A stretch of 63,990 nt of DNA, counting the filler. It is 5 parts of 5 records of this genome, joined end to end, with 100 filler letters (N's around TTAATTAATTAA, not from the genome) between each part and the next. Parts side by side here need not be neighbours in the genome. Positions count along the whole stretch, not along the records: positions 1 to 10,728 come from SRR31156797_10356; 4 more parts are not named here. One strand, given 5' to 3'. This document shows positions 1 through 10,189 of this stretch, in pieces. A program made the translations under genes and the position numbers. The stretch's first letter is position 1; every line of letters starts with the position of its first letter. A model generated the notes under the pieces. That model made no database searches and was not told the DNA's origin. It saw only the letters and a list, made by a program, of their open reading frames with translations.

Positions 1-306
1 ACCCATTGATCTAACTTCAACATCAACTTCTGGAGCAAGGTCTAGTTTCATTAATGAATCTACAGTATCTGGTGTTGCAGATACGATGTCGATCATTCTT
101 GCATGAACTCTGATCTCAAATTGCTCTCGAGAGTCTTTGTTAACGTGTGGTGATTTGATTACAGTATATTTTCTGATTTTAGTTGGCATTGGAATTGGTC
201 CAATTAACTCAGCACCTGTTCTCTTAACAGCTTCAATGATTGAAGCAACTGAACGATCTAAAACTCTGTGATCGTATGCTTTAAGTTTTAATCTAATTTT
301 TTCCAT
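1..306 (-). CDS. rpsJ: 30S ribosomal protein S10 (3' end runs off window)
   Basis: Manual translation from ATG at 306: [20 protein letters not shown]...[39 protein letters not shown]...; Campylobacterota-like S10; not in ORF track. Confidence 0.97.
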   Translation of the reverse strand, partial: MEKIRLKLKAYDHRVLDRSVASIIEAVKRTGAELIGPIPMPTKIRKYTVIKSPHVNKDSREQFEIRVHARMIDIVSATPDTVDSLMKLDLAPEVDVEVRSMG

Positions 307-384
307 TTTTTTCCTTTAAAGAACTCATTAGACTGGTGAAAAGCAGTTTGCTAAACACTTCCTCTAACCAAATTATGGACGCGA

Positions 385-413
385 ATAATAGCTTGTTTTT
401 ACATAAAAGTCAA
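385..413 (-). promoter_or_regulatory. sigma70-type promoter of the S10 operon
   Basis: Minus strand TTGACT (413-408), 17-bp spacer, TATTAT (390-385), upstream of rpsJ. Confidence 0.7.
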
Positions 414-592
414 GAAATAAGGAGGTTCCTAGGAGAAAATATCAAATTTATTTCCTTTTTAAAAGGAAATAAAAGTAGTTTAATCTATATCATTTAGTCG
501 AGATAGATTAATTTCACCAAGCTCTTTTTAAACATTTGCCATACTCATTTGATGTTTTTTCCTAAACTTTTTTAGAAATTAAGCCTATATAT

Positions 593-3433
593 CTATCTCT
601 CATAAAATTTATCCACAAAATTTACTATCTTATCTAGTACCCTTGGAACGATTTTTTTACGTTCAAGTATTTTTGGTTTTACTTTTAAAGTGAGTGCAAT
701 ATCATTTGCTAAGGGAACTCTTTCATCATAAAGATAAGTATCAATCACTTTTTTTACTTTATTACTTTGGAGATTTTCTTCCTCACATAGTTGATAAAAA
801 GCTTTCTCTTTCTCTTCATCCCAAAACTTTTCAAACTCCTCTTCTATATCTTCACTATTTTTAATTTGAAGAAGATTTTCATTGATAAATTTTTCTATAA
901 GCTCTTTTTTACTTCTAAGCTGAGGGTTGTTATTTAGGATATTACTAATATTCTCTTTTTGTTTTTGTTTAGCCTCTTTATCTTCTGTATCTTTGTATTT
1001 TGATAGAAGCTGTAAGATATAGGTTACATTGATCTCATCTTTGTGGATCAGTTCAAGTTCAAAGTCTACATCGTTTAAAATAGATACTTTTTCAGCTCCT
1101 TCACCTTTATGTTTTCCTATCTCCTCATACAGATCAAGATATTTAGACTTATAGTCCTCAAACTCTTGTTCACTCATTTTCAGATCAGTCCACTTAAAGT
1201 CACTAAAACCACTAATGATATTTTTTACTCTCATAAGCTCTCTAAAGGCTTTGATAAATTCAAACTTTTTCTCTTCACCTTGTAAATCATTGACACTTTG
1301 AACTGTTGGGACTATCTTTTTAAGATCTTCATATTTTTCATTGAACCTTTTTACATACTCTTCATAAGGCTCCATAAGGATAACCTCTTTTGCTTCTTTA
1401 TTTGAAAAAAGAGCGATAGCATCATCTGTAGCACTTTTTAGGTTTCTAAAACATAAGATATTCCCTTGGGACTTTCTCTCATCTTTAATTCTATTGGTTC
1501 TTGAAAATGCTTGTATAAGTCCATGATATTTCAGGTTTTTATCTACATACAAAGTATTAAGAGCTTTACTATCAAATCCAGTTAAAAACATATTAACCAC
1601 AAGTAAGATATCTACCTCTTTGTTTTTTACCCTTTTTGATATATCGTTGTAGTAGTTATAAAAGCTTTTTGAATCTTTAGTTGAGTATTTGCATCCAAAC
1701 ATTTTATTATAATCTTTGATAAATTCATCTAGCTTCTCACGACTGTGTTTATTTATATGCTCTTCATCCACATGAGCACCATCGGCAACATCCAGATTTA
1801 TTTCACCAGTGGCATCTTTATCATCTTCATTGGCACTATATGAGAAGATCGTAGCTATTTTAAGGTTGTGATCTTTACTTTTAAAGGCTTCATAGTATTT
1901 TATAAGCATATCTACAGAGCTTACACACATCATCGCTGTAAACTCTTTAGAGTGAGTTTTTCTATCATGATTAGCAATGATATATTCTACTATTCTCTCG
2001 ATCCTTTTGTCACTCTCAAGAAGCTCTTTTGTGTCTATATCTTCTACCTCTATATCTCGATAAGTTTCACTTCCCTCTTTTTCTTTATATTTTCCTATAT
2101 ATTCAACAGAAAACTTTAAGACATTTTCATCATTGATTGCATCTGTTATTACATACTTATGAAGACACTCTTCAAATAGCTCTTTTGTGGTTCTTTTTCC
2201 TAATGCATTTTTAGAAGCATTATCTGCAAAGATTGGAGTACCTGTAAAACCTATCATTTGATTTTTATTAAAGAATTTACCTATAGCCATATGGGTTTCA
2301 CCAAACTGGCTTCTATGACACTCATCAAAGATAAATACTATATGTTTATCTTTTAGCTCTTCCATTTTGACTAAGTATTGTTTTTTAGATATTGCTGTAT
2401 TTAGCTTTTGTAAAGTTGTAACGATAAGCTTTGTATCGTCACTAAATTGTTTTACTAATGCTTTTGTATTATCTGTTCCATCTACACTTCCATCAGAAAA
2501 ACTATTAAACTCTTTGGTGGTTTGATAGTCTAAATCTTTTCGATCTACTACAAACACTACCTTATGTACTTTTGGTAGTTTCATAAGTATCTGAGCTGTT
2601 TTAAACGAAGTGAGTGTTTTTCCACTTCCTGTAGTGTGCCAAATATATCCATTTTTATTTGAGTTTGATACTCTATCGATGATCTTTTCAACTGCATGAA
2701 ACTGATAAGGGCGTAGTACCATAAGGATCTTTGGTACTTCTGCAAGAACGATATACTTACAGATCATTTTTGATAGATGGCATCTCTCTAAAAAGCTTAC
2801 AGTAAACTCTTCAAGATTATCTATCCTTTTATTTTCTTTATCAGTCCAATAAAAAGTTTGCTTGTAGCTCATAGATTCTAATTTACTATTTGCATAATAC
2901 TTTGTATTGACCCCATTGCTTATTACAAATAGTTGTATATAGTTAAAAAGTGCATTATTAGACCCATATGAGTGCCTTTTATATCGAAGGGTTTGGTTAA
3001 AAGCTTCTTTTAGCTCTAGTCCTCTTCTTTTAAGTTCAATCTGAACCAAAGGAAAACCATTTATTAAAATAGTTACGTCATATCTATTTTTATAAATTCC
3101 GCTTACTGTTACTTGTGAAGTCACTTGAAAAAGGTTTTGGCACCAATGTTCACTATCTAAAAACTCTATATATGAAGTAGTTCCATCATCTTTAACTAAA
3201 ACAAACTTATCTCTTAATATCTTTGCTTTTTCAAAGATAGAGCCTTTTTTTAAGTGGTTGAGTATCTTTTTAAATTCATTATCTGTAAGAGTAGTTTTAT
3301 TATGCTTTTCAAGCTGAGATTTTAGGTTTTGTTCTAATTCACTATCATTATTTATAACAACTCTTTTATACTCTTGAAGTTCAAGTTGTTTTAATAGGTT
3401 AACTTCAAGTATTGCTTCTGATTGCGTATTCAC
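593..3433 (-). CDS. hsdR: Type I restriction endonuclease subunit R
   Basis: Nuclease motif RYDVTILING...QIELK, Walker A HTTGSGKT, DECHRS box, GFTGTP; probable start GTG at 3433 right after the upstream stop (ORF track extends to 3478). Confidence 0.96.
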   Translation of the reverse strand: MNTQSEAILEVNLLKQLELQEYKRVVINNDSELEQNLKSQLEKHNKTTLTDNEFKKILNHLKKGSIFEKAKILRDKFVLVKDDGTTSYIEFLDSEHWCQNLFQVTSQVTVSGIYKNRYDVTILINGFPLVQIELKRRGLELKEAFNQTLRYKRHSYGSNNALFNYIQLFVISNGVNTKYYANSKLESMSYKQTFYWTDKENKRIDNLEEFTVSFLERCHLSKMICKYIVLAEVPKILMVLRPYQFHAVEKIIDRVSNSNKNGYIWHTTGSGKTLTSFKTAQILMKLPKVHKVVFVVDRKDLDYQTTKEFNSFSDGSVDGTDNTKALVKQFSDDTKLIVTTLQKLNTAISKKQYLVKMEELKDKHIVFIFDECHRSQFGETHMAIGKFFNKNQMIGFTGTPIFADNASKNALGKRTTKELFEECLHKYVITDAINDENVLKFSVEYIGKYKEKEGSETYRDIEVEDIDTKELLESDKRIERIVEYIIANHDRKTHSKEFTAMMCVSSVDMLIKYYEAFKSKDHNLKIATIFSYSANEDDKDATGEINLDVADGAHVDEEHINKHSREKLDEFIKDYNKMFGCKYSTKDSKSFYNYYNDISKRVKNKEVDILLVVNMFLTGFDSKALNTLYVDKNLKYHGLIQAFSRTNRIKDERKSQGNILCFRNLKSATDDAIALFSNKEAKEVILMEPYEEYVKRFNEKYEDLKKIVPTVQSVNDLQGEEKKFEFIKAFRELMRVKNIISGFSDFKWTDLKMSEQEFEDYKSKYLDLYEEIGKHKGEGAEKVSILNDVDFELELIHKDEINVTYILQLLSKYKDTEDKEAKQKQKENISNILNNNPQLRSKKELIEKFINENLLQIKNSEDIEEEFEKFWDEEKEKAFYQLCEEENLQSNKVKKVIDTYLYDERVPLANDIALTLKVKPKILERKKIVPRVLDKIVNFVDKFYER

Positions 3434-3434
3434 A

Positions 3435-5276
3435 TTAAGCCTTTTTATATGCTTGTTTTGGGTGATTTGGCAATTCATATAGCTTTATCAACTTTTTACT
3501 ATTTGAAAGATCACTCAAATTATCTTTTATCGTATCTTTACTTTTAGATATTAACTTAGATAATAGCTCAGGAGAAAAGTACCCTAAACTGCAAATACTT
3601 AATATTATTTCGTGCATTATCTCTTTTTTGAGTCTTTGTTTACTCTTAATAGGTTCTAAAATTTGTGCTATCCTATTCGAAATATTTTGTGGTATTTCAT
3701 CTAAATCATAGTAAATATTTAAAGCTTCTTCACTTTCATTAACACCCTCAGCTTTTTGGCTAACACCCCTAGCTTTATCATTAATACCCCTAGCTTGATA
3801 AATAGTCCCCCTACCTACTCCATTAGAAAGTAACAATAACTCATTTACTAGTTTTTTAAGTATATTAGATACATCAGCAGGATGTAAATCAAGTAATTCT
3901 AATACTCTTTTATGATTTGTTCCATCTTCTAGGTGTGCAGTAGCTAGTATAGTTATTTCATTTTGTGATAAGCTTTTTAATTCATCTCCATATAATTCAA
4001 TTAATTCACTCATAACATTATCATCAAGTAAATTAATCATTCTTAACTCTACTAAAGTTTGATCTATTTCAGTTTTTTCATAAATAAGGGGTTTAGTCCA
4101 ATTTTGAGAATTCCAACCACTATAAATTTTTGGTATTCCCGAACCTGCTCTTTCGCTATATCCTATAAGAGTAAACATCTTTTGTAAAATTCTATTTCTA
4201 CAATCACTCTCTCCACCTTTTACAGCTATTTCGATTGGTATTCTCATAAGTCCAGGGTTTCTAAAGCCAAACATATCTGGTCTTTTTACAATTAATATAG
4301 AACTTTTACCACTATAATCTGCATGAACAATAGAGTTTATAAAAGATTCTCTTATTGATTGATGTACAGGTGTATCATCTTGCCTTTTGTCAAGTTCAAG
4401 TTTAAAAGGAACTTTCAAATCAGAAAATAGTTTTTTTATAACTATTCTATAAAAATCAAATACATTCCCGCTCCAAGTACCGTCAATTTGTACCCTATCT
4501 ATCCACCTAAGTTCTGTTTTTGCCCTTGGTCTTTCTTGATAATCAAGGGCATAAAAAGGGAAATACTCCTCTATAGCTGTTGAATTGCCAAACATTAAAA
4601 GTCCTGCAATAGTAAGCCCAACTACTCCTATTTCTCTATCTTTTTTATATCCACCTATACTTTTTAAAAAGTCTAAATCATTTTGTTCATTCCAAGGGTG
4701 GTCTGGCTTGTTTGATTTAAATATATTTCTATAAGCATAAAATGTACTCATATCAATATCATCCATATCATAATTATTTAAAACTTTACTGTCTCTACTC
4801 TCCTCTGTTTTTTCTGCAAACATTTTATTGATAGTAGTTTCATCACATTTAAAATCACCCTCATACTGTCTAATATAAGTTCCTTGTATGGGATTTTGAC
4901 CTTTATAGATTGGTTTTTGTTGTCTTGTAGCTTGTGGGATAACTATATGAACTACATAACTATCTTTAAATTTATATACTTTTACATTATCATCAGATAT
5001 TATATTTGCACTTATCTTTTGTTTGTTATTTAGTGAATCAAACAATTCTTTTTTGATAGATTCTACCTCTTTGATACCTGAAAGAGAAATACCATCATCA
5101 AGCTCCTCTATCCCTAAAAATATATTTCCACCTTGAGTATTTGCCATAGCACTATATGTTGAGAACATATCATCTGGTAATTTACCTTTGCCAGATTTTC
5201 CCAAAGCTTTTTTAAATTCAATATCATAGTCTTCTTTAAGTGCTAATATATCTTCAAGTGTTTCTATTTTTACCAT
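3435..5276 (-). CDS. Schlafen/AlbA_2 domain plus HATPase-like (RecG-C-like) and winged-helix protein
   Basis: N-terminal EDYDIEFK...SAMANTQGGNIFLGI; central RESFINSIVHADY...FRNPG...RNRILQKMF...ERAGSG; start ATG 5276 preceded by GAGGA. Confidence 0.8.
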   Translation of the reverse strand: MVKIETLEDILALKEDYDIEFKKALGKSGKGKLPDDMFSTYSAMANTQGGNIFLGIEELDDGISLSGIKEVESIKKELFDSLNNKQKISANIISDDNVKVYKFKDSYVVHIVIPQATRQQKPIYKGQNPIQGTYIRQYEGDFKCDETTINKMFAEKTEESRDSKVLNNYDMDDIDMSTFYAYRNIFKSNKPDHPWNEQNDLDFLKSIGGYKKDREIGVVGLTIAGLLMFGNSTAIEEYFPFYALDYQERPRAKTELRWIDRVQIDGTWSGNVFDFYRIVIKKLFSDLKVPFKLELDKRQDDTPVHQSIRESFINSIVHADYSGKSSILIVKRPDMFGFRNPGLMRIPIEIAVKGGESDCRNRILQKMFTLIGYSERAGSGIPKIYSGWNSQNWTKPLIYEKTEIDQTLVELRMINLLDDNVMSELIELYGDELKSLSQNEITILATAHLEDGTNHKRVLELLDLHPADVSNILKKLVNELLLLSNGVGRGTIYQARGINDKARGVSQKAEGVNESEEALNIYYDLDEIPQNISNRIAQILEPIKSKQRLKKEIMHEIILSICSLGYFSPELLSKLISKSKDTIKDNLSDLSNSKKLIKLYELPNHPKQAYKKA

Positions 5277-5286
5277 TACAATTTCC

Positions 5287-6487
5287 TCACACAAACATCT
5301 GCTGTAAAAGTGCTTTTTTAAACTCTTTTTGTTTGTTTTAATTGTTTTTGAACCTGTTCTATCTTATCATCTATTGAAGATAAAAAATTTGCTATTTTAT
5401 TTTGTTCTTCTAAACTTGGTAATTGTATCTTTAATCTATAAAAATCACTATGGTTTAAATCTGGAATTGTTGAAGTTCCTGCATACCTCATTATCATATT
5501 TTGAGTTATATTAAGTCTTAAATAATAAACTAAAAATTTTTTATTGAAGTTATCAAAATATTTTATTTTGAAAAAGTTATTATGAAAAGCACCTTTTACA
5601 TCAGTAACAACTTGTCCTGTATTTCCAGTCCTTGTCATAAGTATATCATCTTCATCACATATTACTGATTCAGGTGGATTTTTAATAAAATACTTTTTAT
5701 CAGAATTTTCTTTTAAAAACTCATTTGTAATATAAAAATAGCTATTTTCAACTTCATTTGTAAATCGTTCAGAAATTGCGATTTGTAGTCCTTGATTTAT
5801 CTTCGTTAAATCCCCAAGTTTTTTCTCTTCCCATTCCTTAAATTCACCCCCATCATTATCTTTAAATCTAATCTTTTGATTAAATAACTTTTGTATTATA
5901 CCTTTTTTATATTGCTGTATAAGTTTTTCTTTTTTCATAAATTGTTCTATTTTATTATCAATAAAAGTTAAAAAAGAAACAATTTTGTTTTGTTCATTTA
6001 TAGTTGGAATAAATATTTCACCACTTAAAATATAATTTGAGTCTGCTGTAATATATCTATCTCCTACTAAGACATATTTTTTTAAAAAATTATTTGCTCT
6101 ATTTAGATGGCTAAAATATTTATCTAAGTATTTAGCTGAAACATTATCAAAGGTTTTAAAAGTAAAATAAAGAGTTGATAAAAGTCCATCTCTACATTTA
6201 TTAACTTTAAATAATCCATATGGGCAACTAGCACTTATACTTTTTCCATAAACAAAATCATTTAACCTAGTTTTCAAATAGTTAGTATGATTTACTTTAT
6301 TGTATGTATCTTCAAGTAACTCTTTTCTATCTACAATACCATGAATAGAAGATAATGAAAGTATATCTTCTATACTAAATTCATTATCAGAATTTTTTTC
6401 TGAATATCTTTTCATCAACTGAGATAATTTGTACTCTATGTATTCTCCACTAAATTCTTTAAATCTTAACTTAGGTACTTTACCCAT
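5287..6487 (-). CDS. hsdS: Type I R-M specificity subunit, with a +1 frameshift in the A-run at 5326-5330
   Basis: VPKLRFKEF start, two TRDs, conserved PTINEQNKI and PSLEEQNKIANF repeats; the ORF stops early at 5318, and removing one A restores ...TKEFKKALLQQMFV* ending at 5287. Confidence 0.93.
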
Positions 6488-6577
6488 TTTTGCCTCCGTC
6501 GGTGCTAAAGCACATCGACTCTGGTTCCCTCGCTATGTAAATAAAACAGTTTATTTCCATTATACGCTCCTCACCTT

Positions 6578-8143
6578 TTAAAATGGTGTAGCAATACCAA
6601 GTTCCGCGCAGTACTTAGTAATAGTTTCATCTGTAAATTTCATATCAATCTCAAGCTGTTTTAACTGAGAACTAACTTCATCAATATCAATAAGCTCTTC
6701 CTCTTCAAATGTATCTACATATCTTGGGATATTTAGATTGTAATCATTTTCTTTTATCTCATCTAGTGTTGCTAAGTATGAGTATTTATCTTCAACTTTT
6801 CTATCTCTAAAAGTAGTAATAATTTTATCAATATCACTAGCTCTTAAATAGTTTTGATTTTTAGCCTTTTCAAAATGATTTGAAGCATCTATAAATAAAA
6901 CATTATCACTATCTTCTCTACACTTTTTAAATACTAATATACAAGTTGGAATTGATGTACCATAAAAGATATTTGCTGGTAATCCTATAACTGCATCAAG
7001 ATAGTTTCTATCTTCTATTAGATACTTTCTTATATGACCCTCAGCAGCTCCTCTAAATAAAACCCCATGAGGTAATACAATAGCCATAGTTCCATTATCA
7101 TCTAGATGGTGTATCATATGTTGTACAAAGGCAAAGTCAGCTTTTGAACTTGGAGCTAATTTTCCATATTGTGAAAATCTATCATCATTCATATGGAGTG
7201 GATTTGCTGACCACTTAGCAGAAAAAGGTGGATTAGCAACTATTGCTTCAAATCTTTGCTCAATATGTTGAGGATGTTCAAGTGTGTCTTCTTGTTTTAT
7301 ATCAAACTTTCTATAATGAACATCATGCATAATCATATTCATTCTAGCAAGGTTATATGTGGTTCTATTTAGCTCTTGTCCATAGAAGTTTGAAACATCT
7401 TCAACCTCTTTGGCTACTCGTAGAAGAAGTGATCCCGAACCACAAGTTGGGTCATATACTGATTTTAGTTTTGATTTTTTTGTAGTTACTATTTTTGCTA
7501 ATATCTTTGAAACTTCTTGAGGTGTATAAAACTCACCTGCTTTTTTCCCTGCGTTACTTGCGAATTGACCTATAAGATATTCATAAGCATCCCCTAGCAC
7601 ATCTCTATCATGGTTTTTAAGTTCAAAGTCTATATTGTCTAAGTGGTAAAGAACTTTTGATATAAGGGTGTTTTTTGCTTCTTCTGTTCTTCCAAGCTTT
7701 GTAGAAGTAAGGTCAAGGTCTTCAAAAAGATGTTCAAAGTCATCTTCACTCTCATGACCCATAGTTGATTGTTCTATATCTCTTAAAACTTGTGTTAAGT
7801 CTTCAAGGATAAAGTTATCGCTTTCACTATTCCCTTTTTTTGCCATAGCAGAAAATAGTTCATTTGGTTTTAAAAAGTACCCAAGGTGTTCTATAGCATC
7901 CTCTTTGATAGCTTCACACATCTCTTGATGTTCCGCATTTTTATCACAATCAAGCTGTGTAAATTTGATACCATCTTCTGCTAAGAGTTCATTTCCATAG
8001 TCTTCAATCTTTTCTGAGAGGTATTTATAAAATATAAATCCAAGGATATAGTCTCTAAACTCATCAGCATCCATTTTACCTCTAAGCTCATTGGCTATAT
8101 TCCAAAGTTGTTGTTCTAGTCTTTTCTTTTGTTCTTCACCCAT
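6578..8143 (-). CDS. hsdM: Type I R-M N6-adenine methyltransferase subunit
   Basis: LWNIANELRG, GEFYTP, motif I DPTCGSG, motif IV NPPF, YNLNIPRYV. Confidence 0.97.
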   Translation of the reverse strand: MGEEQKKRLEQQLWNIANELRGKMDADEFRDYILGFIFYKYLSEKIEDYGNELLAEDGIKFTQLDCDKNAEHQEMCEAIKEDAIEHLGYFLKPNELFSAMAKKGNSESDNFILEDLTQVLRDIEQSTMGHESEDDFEHLFEDLDLTSTKLGRTEEAKNTLISKVLYHLDNIDFELKNHDRDVLGDAYEYLIGQFASNAGKKAGEFYTPQEVSKILAKIVTTKKSKLKSVYDPTCGSGSLLLRVAKEVEDVSNFYGQELNRTTYNLARMNMIMHDVHYRKFDIKQEDTLEHPQHIEQRFEAIVANPPFSAKWSANPLHMNDDRFSQYGKLAPSSKADFAFVQHMIHHLDDNGTMAIVLPHGVLFRGAAEGHIRKYLIEDRNYLDAVIGLPANIFYGTSIPTCILVFKKCREDSDNVLFIDASNHFEKAKNQNYLRASDIDKIITTFRDRKVEDKYSYLATLDEIKENDYNLNIPRYVDTFEEEELIDIDEVSSQLKQLEIDMKFTDETITKYCAELGIATPF

Positions 8144-8214
8144 CTTTATTACATTACCCCGTTATATTTAAAAAATTCATTATAGCATTTTAATATGATA
8201 TTTATTTATAGATT

Positions 8215-8523
8215 TTATTCCAAAGGAAACTCAATTTTTTCACTATCAATAATTTTTTTAAAACTATCATCAATATGATTAAGATCAACAATATCTACAC
8301 TATATTTTAGATCACTATCATTAAACTCTTCTTTTAAATCTATTAAGAGATCTTTATCTATTTTTTCCTTTGCTTCTAAAGCAAGATCAAGATCAGAATT
8401 AAACCTTGTGGTATATTTTGCACGACTGCCAAAAACATATACTTTCGTATCTTTTAGATGTTTCTTTAAAATAGCATTGACTATATAATATTCTTCTATA
8501 GTGATATCAAACTTTAATTTCAT
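8215..8523 (-). CDS. Minimal nucleotidyltransferase (MNT), putative antitoxin
   Basis: GS-x10-DxD motif (FGSRAKYTTRFNSDLD), VDIVD; 102 aa; overlaps the HEPN gene stop. Confidence 0.9.
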   Translation of the reverse strand: MKLKFDITIEEYYIVNAILKKHLKDTKVYVFGSRAKYTTRFNSDLDLALEAKEKIDKDLLIDLKEEFNDSDLKYSVDIVDLNHIDDSFKKIIDSEKIEFPLE

Positions 8524-8930
8524 ACTTTTTGATTATACACTTTTATCTTTTCTAGAAGAAATCTTGCTTCATCATAAAACACTTGCACACTTCCAGCAAT
8601 TTCAATGGCATTGTCTTCATTATATCCATGTGAAGTTCTATTTCTATCTTCTCTGTATTTTTTCCAGATATCCCAGCTATTTTTAAGAACTCCTTTAGTG
8701 TATCCCTCTCTTACAATCTCTTGAAAACTCATCTCATTTATACTGCTTGGATCTGCTGCGGTGATAGAGAGATATCTTTTGATCATTTTTGTAGTAAGCT
8801 CATATGTATATTCAAACCTTTGAATCACTGCATCTCTTATAAATTCATTAGTATGGTCTAGTTCATATGCATCAATAGCTTTTTTAAAACTATCTATAGC
8901 TTTTTCTAGTGCTGTTAAATCTAATTGCAT
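8520..8930 (-). CDS. HEPN protein (HI0074-like nucleotidyltransferase substrate-binding family), putative RNase toxin
   Basis: DAVIQRFEYTYE and Rx4H motif RNRTSH. Confidence 0.88.
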   Translation of the reverse strand: MQLDLTALEKAIDSFKKAIDAYELDHTNEFIRDAVIQRFEYTYELTTKMIKRYLSITAADPSSINEMSFQEIVREGYTKGVLKNSWDIWKKYREDRNRTSHGYNEDNAIEIAGSVQVFYDEARFLLEKIKVYNQKV

Positions 8931-8995
8931 CTTTATCCCTTAGGTCTCTATTCAAAGTTCATTATACTATTTTTAAACTTTTTGTTTAAAACAGT

Positions 8996-9097
8996 TTATT
9001 TACTTCTTACTATTTTAATATCTCTTTTGATTTTCTCTTTTTTTATCTGCTCCAAAACCTCATCAAACGATTTTGAATCTTTTGGTTGTACTGACAT
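8996..9097 (-). CDS. Small 33-aa basic protein (MSVQPKDSKSFDEVLEQIKKEKIKRDIKIVRSK)
   Basis: Manual translation; GGAGG RBS 6 nt upstream, TATACT -10 and the 14-bp motif further upstream. Confidence 0.5.
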   Translation of the reverse strand: MSVQPKDSKSFDEVLEQIKKEKIKRDIKIVRSK

Positions 9098-9144
9098 AAT
9101 AAGCCTCCATATTTTTATATGGTAAAAGTATATTAGATGAATAA

Positions 9145-9158
9145 GAATACTTAATGTC
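9145..9158 (-). promoter_or_regulatory. Candidate WYL operator, copy 1 (GACATTAAGTATTC on the minus strand)
   Basis: Exact reverse complement of 10132-10145. Confidence 0.6.
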
Positions 9159-9163
9159 TGTTT

Positions 9164-10090
9164 TTAGATCAAAATATCCATTTGCTCTTTTAAAAACTCT
9201 TGGGTTTCATCTCTTAATTGTTTGGCTATGGAAGTTGGCTCGATGATCAAAAGATTTGGAAGCCATTTTTTTACTTCTGTGGTGATCTCTTTTGGACTAG
9301 TGGCATATAGGGAAAAAAGTATCGCTCCATCATCATACTTTTCTACTATTTTTTGAGTTCGTGATAATGGTCTTCTTTCAAAATATTTTGAAATACTAGT
9401 TTTTGCTAACAATTGGACTTCAAAAGGTTCATTGTTTGGATCAAACCAAATATTAATAGCATTTTGTATTATATGATCTGCCTTTGGATTTTCTTTAAAA
9501 GTTTTTTCATTTACTGTTAGATTAGTGATATCTTTTATATAAAAAGTTTTGAGTTTATCTACCATAATATCTTTTCCATATAGGTACCAGTATCCATCAA
9601 AAGTAGTGATCTTGATAGGTTCAAGATATCGATACTTTTTATTATGGTAAAACTCTACTTGATATCTATTTGATATGGCATCTTGAAGTTTCTGTACAAT
9701 TTCTAGTTTATCATGGATATCTTCTATATCTAGTCTAGAATATATTGGGTTATTGTGAGTATTGGATATTTTATTAAATAAGTTATTGACTCGGGAGTGG
9801 ATCAGATTACTCATAGATGATCCAAACTCTTTTAAGATATCCAGTATTATTTCATCTTCATAGTCAAGGTTTTTATCAATTTGATGTCCATCTTTTACTT
9901 TCCACTTATGCCCTACTTTTTCTATAGGAAAGATATATACAAGCCTTTCATTAAAATCTCTTTGTATCGTTTTTGTGGTGACATTAAACTCCTCAGCCAA
10001 CTCTTTTACACTTAAGACTTCACCCTCTCTAAGTCTTCCCCAAATAGTTGTAAGACGATACAAGATCTTATCATAATCATGTTTTTTCAT
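9164..10090 (-). CDS. WYL-domain transcriptional regulator (wHTH-WYL-WCX)
   Basis: HTH SVKELAEEFNVTTKTIQRDF; WYL motif LEPIKITTFDGYWYLYG; C-terminal KKWLPNLLIIEP. Confidence 0.92.
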   Translation of the reverse strand: MKKHDYDKILYRLTTIWGRLREGEVLSVKELAEEFNVTTKTIQRDFNERLVYIFPIEKVGHKWKVKDGHQIDKNLDYEDEIILDILKEFGSSMSNLIHSRVNNLFNKISNTHNNPIYSRLDIEDIHDKLEIVQKLQDAISNRYQVEFYHNKKYRYLEPIKITTFDGYWYLYGKDIMVDKLKTFYIKDITNLTVNEKTFKENPKADHIIQNAINIWFDPNNEPFEVQLLAKTSISKYFERRPLSRTQKIVEKYDDGAILFSLYATSPKEITTEVKKWLPNLLIIEPTSIAKQLRDETQEFLKEQMDILI

Positions 10091-10131
10091 ACCCATTCCT
10101 TTTAAAGAAAATTTTACTCCATTTATTTACG

Positions 10132-10145
10132 GACATTAAGTATTC
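10132..10145 (+). promoter_or_regulatory. Candidate WYL operator, copy 2 (GACATTAAGTATTC)
   Basis: In the divergent intergenic region; pseudo-palindrome GGAC-N8-TTCC; identical to copy 1. Confidence 0.6.
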
Positions 10146-10189
10146 CATATAATAGTTTAAACTTACACTATACTATTTAAGGAGTGATT

